DNA of 24,000 nucleotides from Desulforegulaceae bacterium (lineage in GTDB: Bacteria; Desulfobacterota; Desulfobacteria; Desulfobacterales; JACKCP01), in the NCBI GenBank assembly GCA_034006035.1, contig JAVETN010000001.1, forward strand, positions 228,392 to 252,391, in the 5' to 3' direction. Under the pieces are notes generated by a model. That model did not search any database. It was not told where the DNA came from and saw nothing but the letters and a program-made list of their open reading frames with translations. Every line of letters begins with the position of its first letter. The first letter of the stretch is position 1. The position numbers and the translations under genes are program-made. Positions 7,662-14,628 of the stretch are shown one piece after another.

Positions 7662-8807
7662 TTAGAGTTTAAAATCAAAGGGTATGCTTAAACTAAAACT
7701 TACATCTGAGTTACTATTGAAAAGTCCTATATTTAAACTTGTATTAACTGAGCGGGTGCTTGAAATTCTCCAATTTGTGCCTATGGAAAGTGAAGATGAA
7801 TAAGATGTGGGAGAAGTGCTTTTTCCTATGTTCCTCCAATAGTAATCCGTTGAGTAGCTATATGTATACTGAAACCCCACACTAACTGAAACAAGATATG
7901 ATAGGGAATAACCCATCCCAAGATTGGCACTTATTTGGTTTCCCGGACTTACTTTTTCAATATAAATTCCCTGTTCTTTTTGTTCTTTGTCGGTATTGTA
8001 CTTTGCATCGTCCACATCCATATTTTTGTAAAAAGAAATTCCGCCAAAGGCAATAACCGGGTCAATTGATTTGCTGAAATTTGCACCGGCAAAGACAGTG
8101 TAGTATCCATTTCCTATTGCAACCTCATCATCACCGTCCATTTTATAGGGATTGTCTCCAAGGGGGACAATTATCCCTGCATTGAGAATTGTTGTTGGAA
8201 TTCCTTCTCTTGGCTTGAAGGGTTGGTATTGGATGTTAAAGCTTGGGTCTCCTATTCCACTTCCGTTTTTTGAACCTTTTTGACTGTCTATATATTCATA
8301 GGAAAAGGGGATATTTGAAGAAAGGGTGAGGTTTTTTAAAATCGGTACTTTAAATGAAAGAGAATTGGAAAGTTTATGGGAGTTTAAATGCTTTACCATG
8401 GTGCTTGTTCTTCCGTTTTCATCTTCAACTGATTGCAATTGGTCATAGGTGTCTCCTGTATAGCTTATTGAATAGGAAATGTTTAAAAGACCTGGAGTTG
8501 CAAGAGTGTATTCACGGCCGGCAGCATCAAGAATATCTTCGTCTTTTTGTTTTTTTTCTTCATCAGTTTGTTTAAGCTCGCTCATTACTTCCGAAGCTTT
8601 TTGTTTTTTTTCAATCTCAAGTAAGAGCTGTTCAAGCTTTTCCAGTCTTTCTTTTATTTCTGGAGAATTTTTACGATCGATTTCATCTGCATTGAGGTTT
8701 GAATAAACTGGTAAAAGAATAAATAATAAAATTATTAAATAGAAAAAAGGAAGTTTTTTGGTTGCTAATTGAAGTTTTGTAGCCATTTGCCTTTGCTTTC
8801 CAATCAA
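7662..8807 (-). CDS. Outer-membrane beta-barrel with N-terminal coiled coil (FapF-like architecture), paralogue B
   Basis: 381-aa ORF. After the signal peptide comes a heptad-like charged helix (EIKERLEKLEQLLLEIEKKQKA), then AAGREYTL and an amphipathic-strand barrel containing a GIGDP motif; it ends IPFDFKL. The codon at 8807 is TTG. ATG at 8786..8784 (MATKLQLATKK...) is an equally good or better start. Confidence 0.8.
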   Translation of the reverse strand: MIGKQRQMATKLQLATKKLPFFYLIILLFILLPVYSNLNADEIDRKNSPEIKERLEKLEQLLLEIEKKQKASEVMSELKQTDEEKKQKDEDILDAAGREYTLATPGLLNISYSISYTGDTYDQLQSVEDENGRTSTMVKHLNSHKLSNSLSFKVPILKNLTLSSNIPFSYEYIDSQKGSKNGSGIGDPSFNIQYQPFKPREGIPTTILNAGIIVPLGDNPYKMDGDDEVAIGNGYYTVFAGANFSKSIDPVIAFGGISFYKNMDVDDAKYNTDKEQKEQGIYIEKVSPGNQISANLGMGYSLSYLVSVSVGFQYTYSYSTDYYWRNIGKSTSPTSYSSSLSIGTNWRISSTRSVNTSLNIGLFNSNSDVSFSLSIPFDFKL

Positions 8808-9904
8808 AGAATAAAATTAAAAGGTATTCTGAATTTAAAACTAAAATCTTCGTCATTATTTGTGAGCCCAATACCCAGTTCCATATAAATTTTTCTTTTT
8901 TCTGTGATTTGCCAGGCAGTTCCTAGCAAGAAAAGCGAGCTGGTGGTTGAAGAAGAAGAAAGTTTTCCTCTTCCTCTCCAAGTATAATCAGTTGGGAATT
9001 GATAAATAAATTTACATCCAAAGCTTATGGATACATTTTCTGAAATAACATAGCCCATTCCAGCATTAAAACCAGCCTCATCTCCAGGGTTTATTTTTTT
9101 TAAATATTCACCTGTTTCGCCAAGGTAAATTGAGTTTTTAAAATCCAGTCTTGAGTTTTTAAATTTGTATGAGTAAAAAAAGCTTCCATAAACAAGGGTA
9201 GGGGAGACTTTTTTACTCATCCCAAGTCCTAGGTTGAATGTATAAACACCTTCTCCTGTTGGGAATTCTGTTTGGGGGTTTATTTCATAGGGGCTTCTTC
9301 CCATGGGAAAGGTAAAACCAGAACTTATTGTAAACCCGGGTTTGTTGTCTTGTTTTTTGAAGGGCTGGAATAAAATTCCCATATAGGGGTCTCCAAAATC
9401 ATCCATATCAGCAGTTTCCCCCTGAATATCATCATAGATTGATACAAAAGGCAGATCAATTAGAAAGGAAAGATTGTTTTTTAAAGGATATTCAATTGAA
9501 ACAGTATTTACCATTCTGTGAGTTGCTTCACGCTCAAATGAAGTCCCTGATTCTTCTGCTGAACTTATTTGGTCATAGGTTTTTCCATAATATGAAAAAC
9601 TATAATCTACTCCGACTACTCCTTTGGGTCTCAGTGTATATTCACGGCCCGCAGCAGATAAAAGTTTTGAATACTCGTCTTGTTCAGATAAAAAATCTTT
9701 TTTGGTTTTTTCGGTCAGAGTTTTTTTGTTTAGTTCTTCTGCACGTTTTTCAAGCTCTATGATTTGTTTATCAAGAAGGTCTTGGTTGATATCTATTTCA
9801 TCTGCAAAACAGGCAACAAAGGGCAGGGTTAAAAAACACAAGAAATAAAAAACATATAATTTGCTGAATTTATTGGCCTTGATCATTTTTTGTAAGTCTT
9901 CCAT
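8804..9904 (-). CDS. Outer-membrane beta-barrel with N-terminal coiled coil (FapF-like architecture), paralogue A
   Basis: 366-aa ORF, colinear with 7662..8807 (both have AAGREYTL; DFGDPY vs GIGDPS; the ends are RIPFNFIL vs SIPFDFKL). The coiled-coil segment is LLDKQIIELEKRAEELNKK. An alternative start at ATG 9886..9884 (MIKANKFSKLYVF...) forms an ATGA overlap with the C39 stop, suggesting translational coupling. Confidence 0.8.
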   Translation of the reverse strand: MEDLQKMIKANKFSKLYVFYFLCFLTLPFVACFADEIDINQDLLDKQIIELEKRAEELNKKTLTEKTKKDFLSEQDEYSKLLSAAGREYTLRPKGVVGVDYSFSYYGKTYDQISSAEESGTSFEREATHRMVNTVSIEYPLKNNLSFLIDLPFVSIYDDIQGETADMDDFGDPYMGILFQPFKKQDNKPGFTISSGFTFPMGRSPYEINPQTEFPTGEGVYTFNLGLGMSKKVSPTLVYGSFFYSYKFKNSRLDFKNSIYLGETGEYLKKINPGDEAGFNAGMGYVISENVSISFGCKFIYQFPTDYTWRGRGKLSSSSTTSSLFLLGTAWQITEKRKIYMELGIGLTNNDEDFSFKFRIPFNFIL

Positions 9905-10626
9905 GGTCCTGTTTCATCCAGCCTGTAGGTTTCAATTTTATGGGTTGGATCTATTGAGGGAGTCATCAGGGTTTCCTGAAATTCTTTGTCAATATATCTT
10001 AAATCTCTTCTTGAAAGCTTAAGGTTTGAGATTGTTTTTTCTTTATCTGCCCAGATGATGAACATTATATTGTCATCCCAGATTTTTTTAAATTTATCCA
10101 TTGAGTAGCTGGAATTCCCCAGGAAAGGATCAGCAAGAAAAACATGATCTTTATAAATTCCTTTTAAAACAACAAAATGTTTATAATTGTATACCTTGAT
10201 TGGAAGGATACAAGGCCAGTACTCATTGTTATTCAAGTCTTCCAGTTTAGCTTTGTAGCCCCCGCTTTTATAGCCTATGGCGTCGAGAAACTGCTGCATA
10301 TCCCATAAAGAAAAAGCTCTGAGTTGTCTAATCTGCTCTTTATCGCCAAATTCCATGAGACCTCTTATAACTTGTTTTTCGCTTAAGTTTTCGTTGAGAT
10401 AAAAGTTTAAAAGAGTTGCAAGAGCAGCAGAACCGCAGCTGAAATCATGCTCCTGCTTTACTATATGTCTGAAGTTTTCTTCAGTAAAAGGGATGATATC
10501 TTCTCTGATGCGAATTTCACCTTTATAGCCTGAAGAAAAAATAGCAATTTTTTTATCTGCTCCTGCTTCAGGAAAAAAATTTGGGATTAAAGCAATTAAA
10601 ATTGCAAAACCTATGGCAAAGTGCAT
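9883..10626 (-). CDS. Stand-alone exported C39-family cysteine peptidase (FapD/FilB-like), catalytic residues intact
   Basis: 247-aa ORF. Q58-x5-C64-G (VKQEHDFSCGSAALATLLNFY) matches the C39 oxyanion Gln plus the nucleophile Cys. H150 and D166 sit in KHFVVLKGIYKDHVFLADP, the C39 pattern H-f-v-V ... DP. It has a hydrophobic N-terminus (FAIGFAILIALIPNFF) and is not fused to an ABC transporter. Confidence 0.85.
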   Translation of the reverse strand: MHFAIGFAILIALIPNFFPEAGADKKIAIFSSGYKGEIRIREDIIPFTEENFRHIVKQEHDFSCGSAALATLLNFYLNENLSEKQVIRGLMEFGDKEQIRQLRAFSLWDMQQFLDAIGYKSGGYKAKLEDLNNNEYWPCILPIKVYNYKHFVVLKGIYKDHVFLADPFLGNSSYSMDKFKKIWDDNIMFIIWADKEKTISNLKLSRRDLRYIDKEFQETLMTPSIDPTHKIETYRLDETGPWKTYKK

Positions 10627-10745
10627 TTTTTTAATTAATCTTTTTTTAAAGTTTTTATGTTCTCATATCCTAAACACAATTTATCTTTCGGGCAACAAAA
10701 ATCTGCATTGAATCCTTGTTAATACAAAAAGTTTTTTATATAAAT

Positions 10746-11399
10746 TTAAGGCTGATCCCACCAATGGTTTGGAGCAAAAGCGTTTTGAATATTTCCTTCA
10801 CTAAAACCAAGAACAGAATGAATTCCCTGATTTCCTGCCTGGGGATTTAGAATAAGAAAAAAACCCTGTCTTTCTGAACTTGAGTCAAAAGAAAAGTTTT
10901 TGGAGCCCAGGTTTTCTCTTGAATATTCCAGCGGAGGAGAGTTCCCACCTTCAAGAGCTGGGTGAAATGTTCCTGTAAATGAGTTGAAATTACCGGAAAT
11001 GTTTCCATTGAGCATATTGGAACCTATTATAAGTCTTTTAAGGGTTGGATTGGCAGAGTTTAAATCGTCAAAATCCGCTTTTATAATAAGTCCGTCAATT
11101 GTTAAATTTGCAGTATTTGTTCCAATACTTATATTTGTCCAGTTTTGATCCCAGCCGTTTGCACCTTCTTTTGCATAATAGCCAAGCTTGATGGATTCAA
11201 TTTCTGTAAAGGTTTCAATATGGGTATTTAAAAATATTCTTGTTGTTGTGTTAGTGGTGGTAAAATCTGAAAAAGAAATTTGTCCTGTGGTTGTTTTCAT
11301 TTTTTCTTTTGAAAGTTCCTCAAGGGCAAAAGAAAAATTTACAAAAATACTGAAGAAAACAATTAGAATAAAAAGAAAGAATAGTTTAGTTTTAATCAT
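10746..11399 (-). CDS. Small secreted GQxG-motif family protein (divergent member)
   Basis: 217-aa ORF with signal peptide MIKTKLFFLFILIVFFSIFVNFSFA, followed by LEELSKEKMKTTTGQISFSDF. Its ATG forms a 4-nt ATGA overlap with the upstream stop (11396..11399). Confidence 0.8.
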   Translation of the reverse strand: MIKTKLFFLFILIVFFSIFVNFSFALEELSKEKMKTTTGQISFSDFTTTNTTTRIFLNTHIETFTEIESIKLGYYAKEGANGWDQNWTNISIGTNTANLTIDGLIIKADFDDLNSANPTLKRLIIGSNMLNGNISGNFNSFTGTFHPALEGGNSPPLEYSRENLGSKNFSFDSSSERQGFFLILNPQAGNQGIHSVLGFSEGNIQNAFAPNHWWDQP

Positions 11400-12292
11400 A
11401 GATTACCCAAGTTTCTTCCAGGCACTTCAATTGTTAGTCTATGTATATTTATTCCGTCAATTGCAACGGCACCAAAATCTTTATTTCCCAAGTGGATATT
11501 TTCAATTCTTAGAGAGCCAGTGATTGGGGCTGAAACATAAATAACTGGTTCTGTATCAGATCCTGTTGGATCATTGGTTGCTCTTTGTCCTATATCAAAG
11601 GTGGCAGGAGAGTTGGTTTTAAAATTACCTAATTTAAATTTCCCTGAAGGCTGCCAGGTTGAAGGGTTTTCAGGAATGCCTGAAAACGAATCTGCAATAA
11701 ATAGGTTTTGAAATCCAAGCCAGTTTCCATTGGCTTCCGGTCCGTAGTCAAATTTAAATGAATCTACCTTAAGCTGGAATCCTGTCTCAAAATCTATGCC
11801 TGAACCATGACCTCCAAAGTAAAGATTCCATTTTGGAAAACCTGTTCCTATGATCTCCATGCTTCCAATGGCTGATTGGTTAAATTCCAGTTCACCAATT
11901 TTAATAAAGGACTGAACCTCAAAATCATCAGATTCAATTGAAATATAGGGGTTTGGATATCCGCCTGAAGCTGGGTCAGAAGGGCTGGCTATATCAATGA
12001 GGATTTCTCCCATAATTCCGTCATTGTCAAAATCAACATTGCCTGTATTATAAGTGGTTAAGGTTTTTACGTTTTTAAAATTGAGATAACCCGGGGTTGG
12101 TTTATTTAAGTCATCAATTAATTTGATTTGTGAATCTTCATTGTAAAAAACTGCATTGTCAATGGCAATAGAAATACCTGCCTGGGCAGTTTGAGATTTT
12201 AACTCGTTTTCACTCATCAAGGATATTGCGAATAGACTTGAATTTGTCAGGCAGATAAAAATTATAATTGTAGTAAGGTTTTGTAAAAACAT
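11396..12292 (-). CDS. Small secreted GQAG-motif family protein
   Basis: 298-aa ORF with a hydrophobic N-terminus, then MSENELKSQTAQAGISIAIDNAVFY and DFDNDG. GGAAG lies 5 nt upstream of the ATG. Confidence 0.8.
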   Translation of the reverse strand: MFLQNLTTIIIFICLTNSSLFAISLMSENELKSQTAQAGISIAIDNAVFYNEDSQIKLIDDLNKPTPGYLNFKNVKTLTTYNTGNVDFDNDGIMGEILIDIASPSDPASGGYPNPYISIESDDFEVQSFIKIGELEFNQSAIGSMEIIGTGFPKWNLYFGGHGSGIDFETGFQLKVDSFKFDYGPEANGNWLGFQNLFIADSFSGIPENPSTWQPSGKFKLGNFKTNSPATFDIGQRATNDPTGSDTEPVIYVSAPITGSLRIENIHLGNKDFGAVAIDGINIHRLTIEVPGRNLGNL

Positions 12293-12310
12293 AAAGACTT
12301 CCTATTTTCT

Positions 12311-13036
12311 TTATTTGTTTGGACTTACTTCAACAGTGCCTCCAAAAATTACCTGGGTGGCAGGGCCCTTTTCAATTGTAAGAAGAGTCTGGTTGCTGTT
12401 CATTGCCTCAAAATCAGATCCAGTAAAAAAAACTATGCTTTTTGTTGAGTGTCCAGTTGTGGCTTCAATGGAAGGAAGTTTTGAAATAATTCCTCCTTTT
12501 ATAAGGTTTGGTTCCACTGGGAGAATCCTTGAAATCTCTTTGAGGCCTGAATTTATAACACCCATTGCTGTAAGAAGAGGGCAAAAGTCTGTTGTTTCAA
12601 TTATCAGGGGAGAAAAGTTAACTCCTTTTTCTTTTGTTGATTTCTTATTTTCTTCCCTGTGTATTTTATTAATTTCTGAATTATAATTTTTAATTAAATT
12701 TTTATTTAAACTAAGATTCCCGATTTGTTCACCAAAATCTTTTTTAAGTTTGGCATTGGAATATTTTCCAAAATCAGTTACAGGTTTGAAGTATAATCTA
12801 GAACCTTGATCATCTGAAATTATCTTTATTCCTGCTTTTTTAATTGAGCCGTATCCGTCGGTGTCAGTATAGATTATGGTACCATATTTAACTTTTACTA
12901 TAATTTCTTCTAGCTCAATTGCTATTCCAGCCTGGCCTCTTATTTTTTTCAAATCATCCTGGTGAAGTATTTCTTTTGAGAAACAGGGAAAAATAAAAAC
13001 AGAAAAAATAATTAATGTTGCAATTGTTTTTTTCAT
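12311..13036 (-). CDS. Small secreted GQAG-motif family protein (closest paralogue of the major-subunit candidate)
   Basis: 241-aa ORF with signal peptide MKKTIATLIIFSVFIFPCFS, then HQDDLKKIRGQAGIAIELEE and YTDTDGYG. Its C-terminus LLTIEKGPATQVIFGGTVEVSPNK parallels ALITIEKSGTSTMAILGGTLEIAPH of 13113..13886. GGAGA SD. Confidence 0.85.
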   Translation of the reverse strand: MKKTIATLIIFSVFIFPCFSKEILHQDDLKKIRGQAGIAIELEEIIVKVKYGTIIYTDTDGYGSIKKAGIKIISDDQGSRLYFKPVTDFGKYSNAKLKKDFGEQIGNLSLNKNLIKNYNSEINKIHREENKKSTKEKGVNFSPLIIETTDFCPLLTAMGVINSGLKEISRILPVEPNLIKGGIISKLPSIEATTGHSTKSIVFFTGSDFEAMNSNQTLLTIEKGPATQVIFGGTVEVSPNK

Positions 13037-13061
13037 TTTTTTTTCTCCTTGGTTCAGGTTG

Positions 13062-13095
13062 AAAAAAACCCCGCCTTTATATTAAAGACGGGGTT
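13062..13095 (-). terminator. Intrinsic terminator immediately after the major-subunit candidate gene
   Basis: Minus strand: AACCCCG-UCUUUA-AUA-UAAAGG-CGGGGUU (arms 13089..13095 and 13067..13073, with inner pairing), followed by a run of U (13062..13068 are A on the plus strand). It sits between 13113..13886 and 12311..13036. Confidence 0.75.
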
Positions 13096-13112
13096 AGTTT
13101 ATGACTTACTTA

Positions 13113-13886
13113 TTAATGAGGAGCTATTTCAAGGGTTCCACCTAGGATAGCCATTGTTGATGTACCTGATTTTTCAATTGTGATTAGGGCATGATTTGCG
13201 TTAAAGTGTTCCTGGTCAGCTGTTCCGTATGAATCTGTAACTATACCAGCAGCCGCATCCCAGGTACCGTTTCTTAATTTAATGGTTTTGAAATCTACTG
13301 TTGAATAGGTTTTGATTTCAACTGTAGGAAGACCGATTACAACACCACCAACTGCAAGAGCTGATGCAGGAAGAGTTGCTGCGTCCATTCCAGTTGTATT
13401 GTAGTTCCATCCAGCTGTAAGGGCCTTACATGTTCCAACATCAATTGTTAGTGGAGAAATACCTGTTGTAGTTCCTGCCATCTGGCCATTTGTAGGATCT
13501 AGAGTGCCACCGGCAATAGCTGCTGCAACACCAGCTGATTCGATAATACCAATGTCTTCTGTGTTACCAAATGTGGCTCTTAGTGCATCTACTCCATAAA
13601 TATCTGCATTAAGTATTGCATTTATTGTTATAAGTTTTTGCATTTCTTCTGCCTGGTCTATCATGATACCGGCTGCACCAGTCATTCCGTTTACACCATC
13701 GGTATCCCAGAATGTGCTGTCTGCTAAACTTTTTTGATAAATTACAATACCATCAACTGCAATAGAAACCCCAGCCTGACCTGTTGCAGATCTAAGCTGT
13801 GAATTGTCCATTTTTTCAAGTGCTGATGCTGCCATTGGCATGGTGAGAATTGCTGCTACTGCTAAACCTACGATAAAACGTTTCAT
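13113..13886 (-). CDS. Secreted Ala/Gly/Thr-rich GQAG-motif protein; candidate major structural subunit
   Basis: 257-aa ORF with signal peptide MKRFIVGLAVAAILTMPMAASA, then LEKMDNSQLRSATGQAGVSIAVDGIVIY and FWDTDGVNG. It is first in the block, with a strong SD (AGGAGGAG), its own structured leader and its own terminator. It is visibly more GC-rich than its neighbours. Confidence 0.85.
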   Translation of the reverse strand: MKRFIVGLAVAAILTMPMAASALEKMDNSQLRSATGQAGVSIAVDGIVIYQKSLADSTFWDTDGVNGMTGAAGIMIDQAEEMQKLITINAILNADIYGVDALRATFGNTEDIGIIESAGVAAAIAGGTLDPTNGQMAGTTTGISPLTIDVGTCKALTAGWNYNTTGMDAATLPASALAVGGVVIGLPTVEIKTYSTVDFKTIKLRNGTWDAAAGIVTDSYGTADQEHFNANHALITIEKSGTSTMAILGGTLEIAPH

Positions 13887-13940
13887 AAAAATCTCCTCCT
13901 AGACAGGTTAGTTAAAAAAAGTTTGTTCCAACCTACCAGA

Positions 13941-14028
13941 GGCAGCCTGGCCATCCTTAAAGTCTTTTCAAGTCAGTGCATTAAGGACCCGTTTGGCTTT
14001 CCGACCCCCGATTACCCGAGGTGTGGCT
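13941..14028 (-). ncRNA. Fifth copy of the two-hairpin RNA element, in the 5' leader of 13113..13886
   Basis: Minus strand: AGCCACA-CCUCGG-GUAA-UCGGGG-GUCGGAAAGCC-AAACGGG-UCCUUAA-(19-nt loop)-UUAAGGA-UGGCCAGGCUGCC. The order of elements is the same as in units 3795..4110. P1 contains U-G and G-U pairs that would be C-A and A-C mismatches on the plus strand. Confidence 0.7.
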
Positions 14029-14149
14029 TTTTCTTGGCATTTTTAATTTTGTTTCCGTTTGTTAAATTTAAAGGTTAATTCCTTTTCAGTATATAATCTT
14101 TTTGGCGGAAGGTTATCCTACTGATTTTTATTTAGCTACGGAAACACTC

Positions 14150-14190
14150 TAAATTAAAAAGAACAGTGTTTACTGCTTGAGTGAAAGATT
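14150..14190. repeat. Box A of a duplicated intergenic sequence (core TGTTTACTGCTT at 14167..14178)
   Basis: aaattaaaaagaacagTGTTTACTGCTTgagtgaaag resembles box B. It contains the near-palindrome AACA-G-TGTT. Confidence 0.5.
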
Positions 14191-14471
14191 CTCATAACCA
14201 GGGTTTTGATGTCAATAAAAAAAATAATAAAAAGTGGATTTTTTTTAGTCTTATTTTTAAATATTTGAAATTAATAGGAATAACATTGTTTATATTTCAC
14301 AGATTTTTAGTGTGAAAACTCTTTTTAAGAAATAAATTGGAACTTAGGGGTCATTTTGGAGGGGTGCTGTTAAATTTTTTAGTTTGGAGTTTGGGCTTTT
14401 ATTAGGATAAGTTTCAACTGGATTTGTACAAAAAATTGTTTAGGGAATCTGAGGTTAAAATACAAATAAAT

Positions 14472-14512
14472 TTAATTTAAAAAAACAATGTTTACTGCTT
14501 ATGTTCAAAAGT
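14472..14512. repeat. Box B of the duplicated intergenic sequence (core TGTTTACTGCTT at 14489..14500)
   Basis: aatttaaaaaaacaaTGTTTACTGCTTatgttcaaaag carries an 11-bp palindrome, AAACA-A-TGTTT. Both boxes are followed by shared words (aaataataaaaagt; ccagggtt), though in a different order. Confidence 0.5.
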
Positions 14513-14628
14513 TTTAAATTTAGAAATAATAAAAAGTTAGTTTGACTAACCTGATCCCAGGGTTAATTCCTGAAATCAGGTTGTTTATTGTGATGATTGT
14601 AAATTCAGTCAGTTTTTTTACTTAAAGA

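Noticed and set aside
14034-14052. Sigma54-like -24 element: cTTGGCATttttaatTTTGt.
   Set aside because: There is no GC at the -12 position, and the sequence is on the plus strand pointing away from the minus-strand gene it would need to serve. Other near matches (for example TGGCTTTTGTTTGA near 18870 and TTGGTTTAGTCTTATGC near 18972) have wrong spacing or lack the -12 GC.
14549-14590. Inverted repeat aacctgat ... atcaggtt downstream of the CBS gene, considered as its terminator.
   Set aside because: On the minus strand the stem is not followed by a U-run (AGUCAAACUAAC...). It may be a structural element, but it cannot be called a terminator with confidence.
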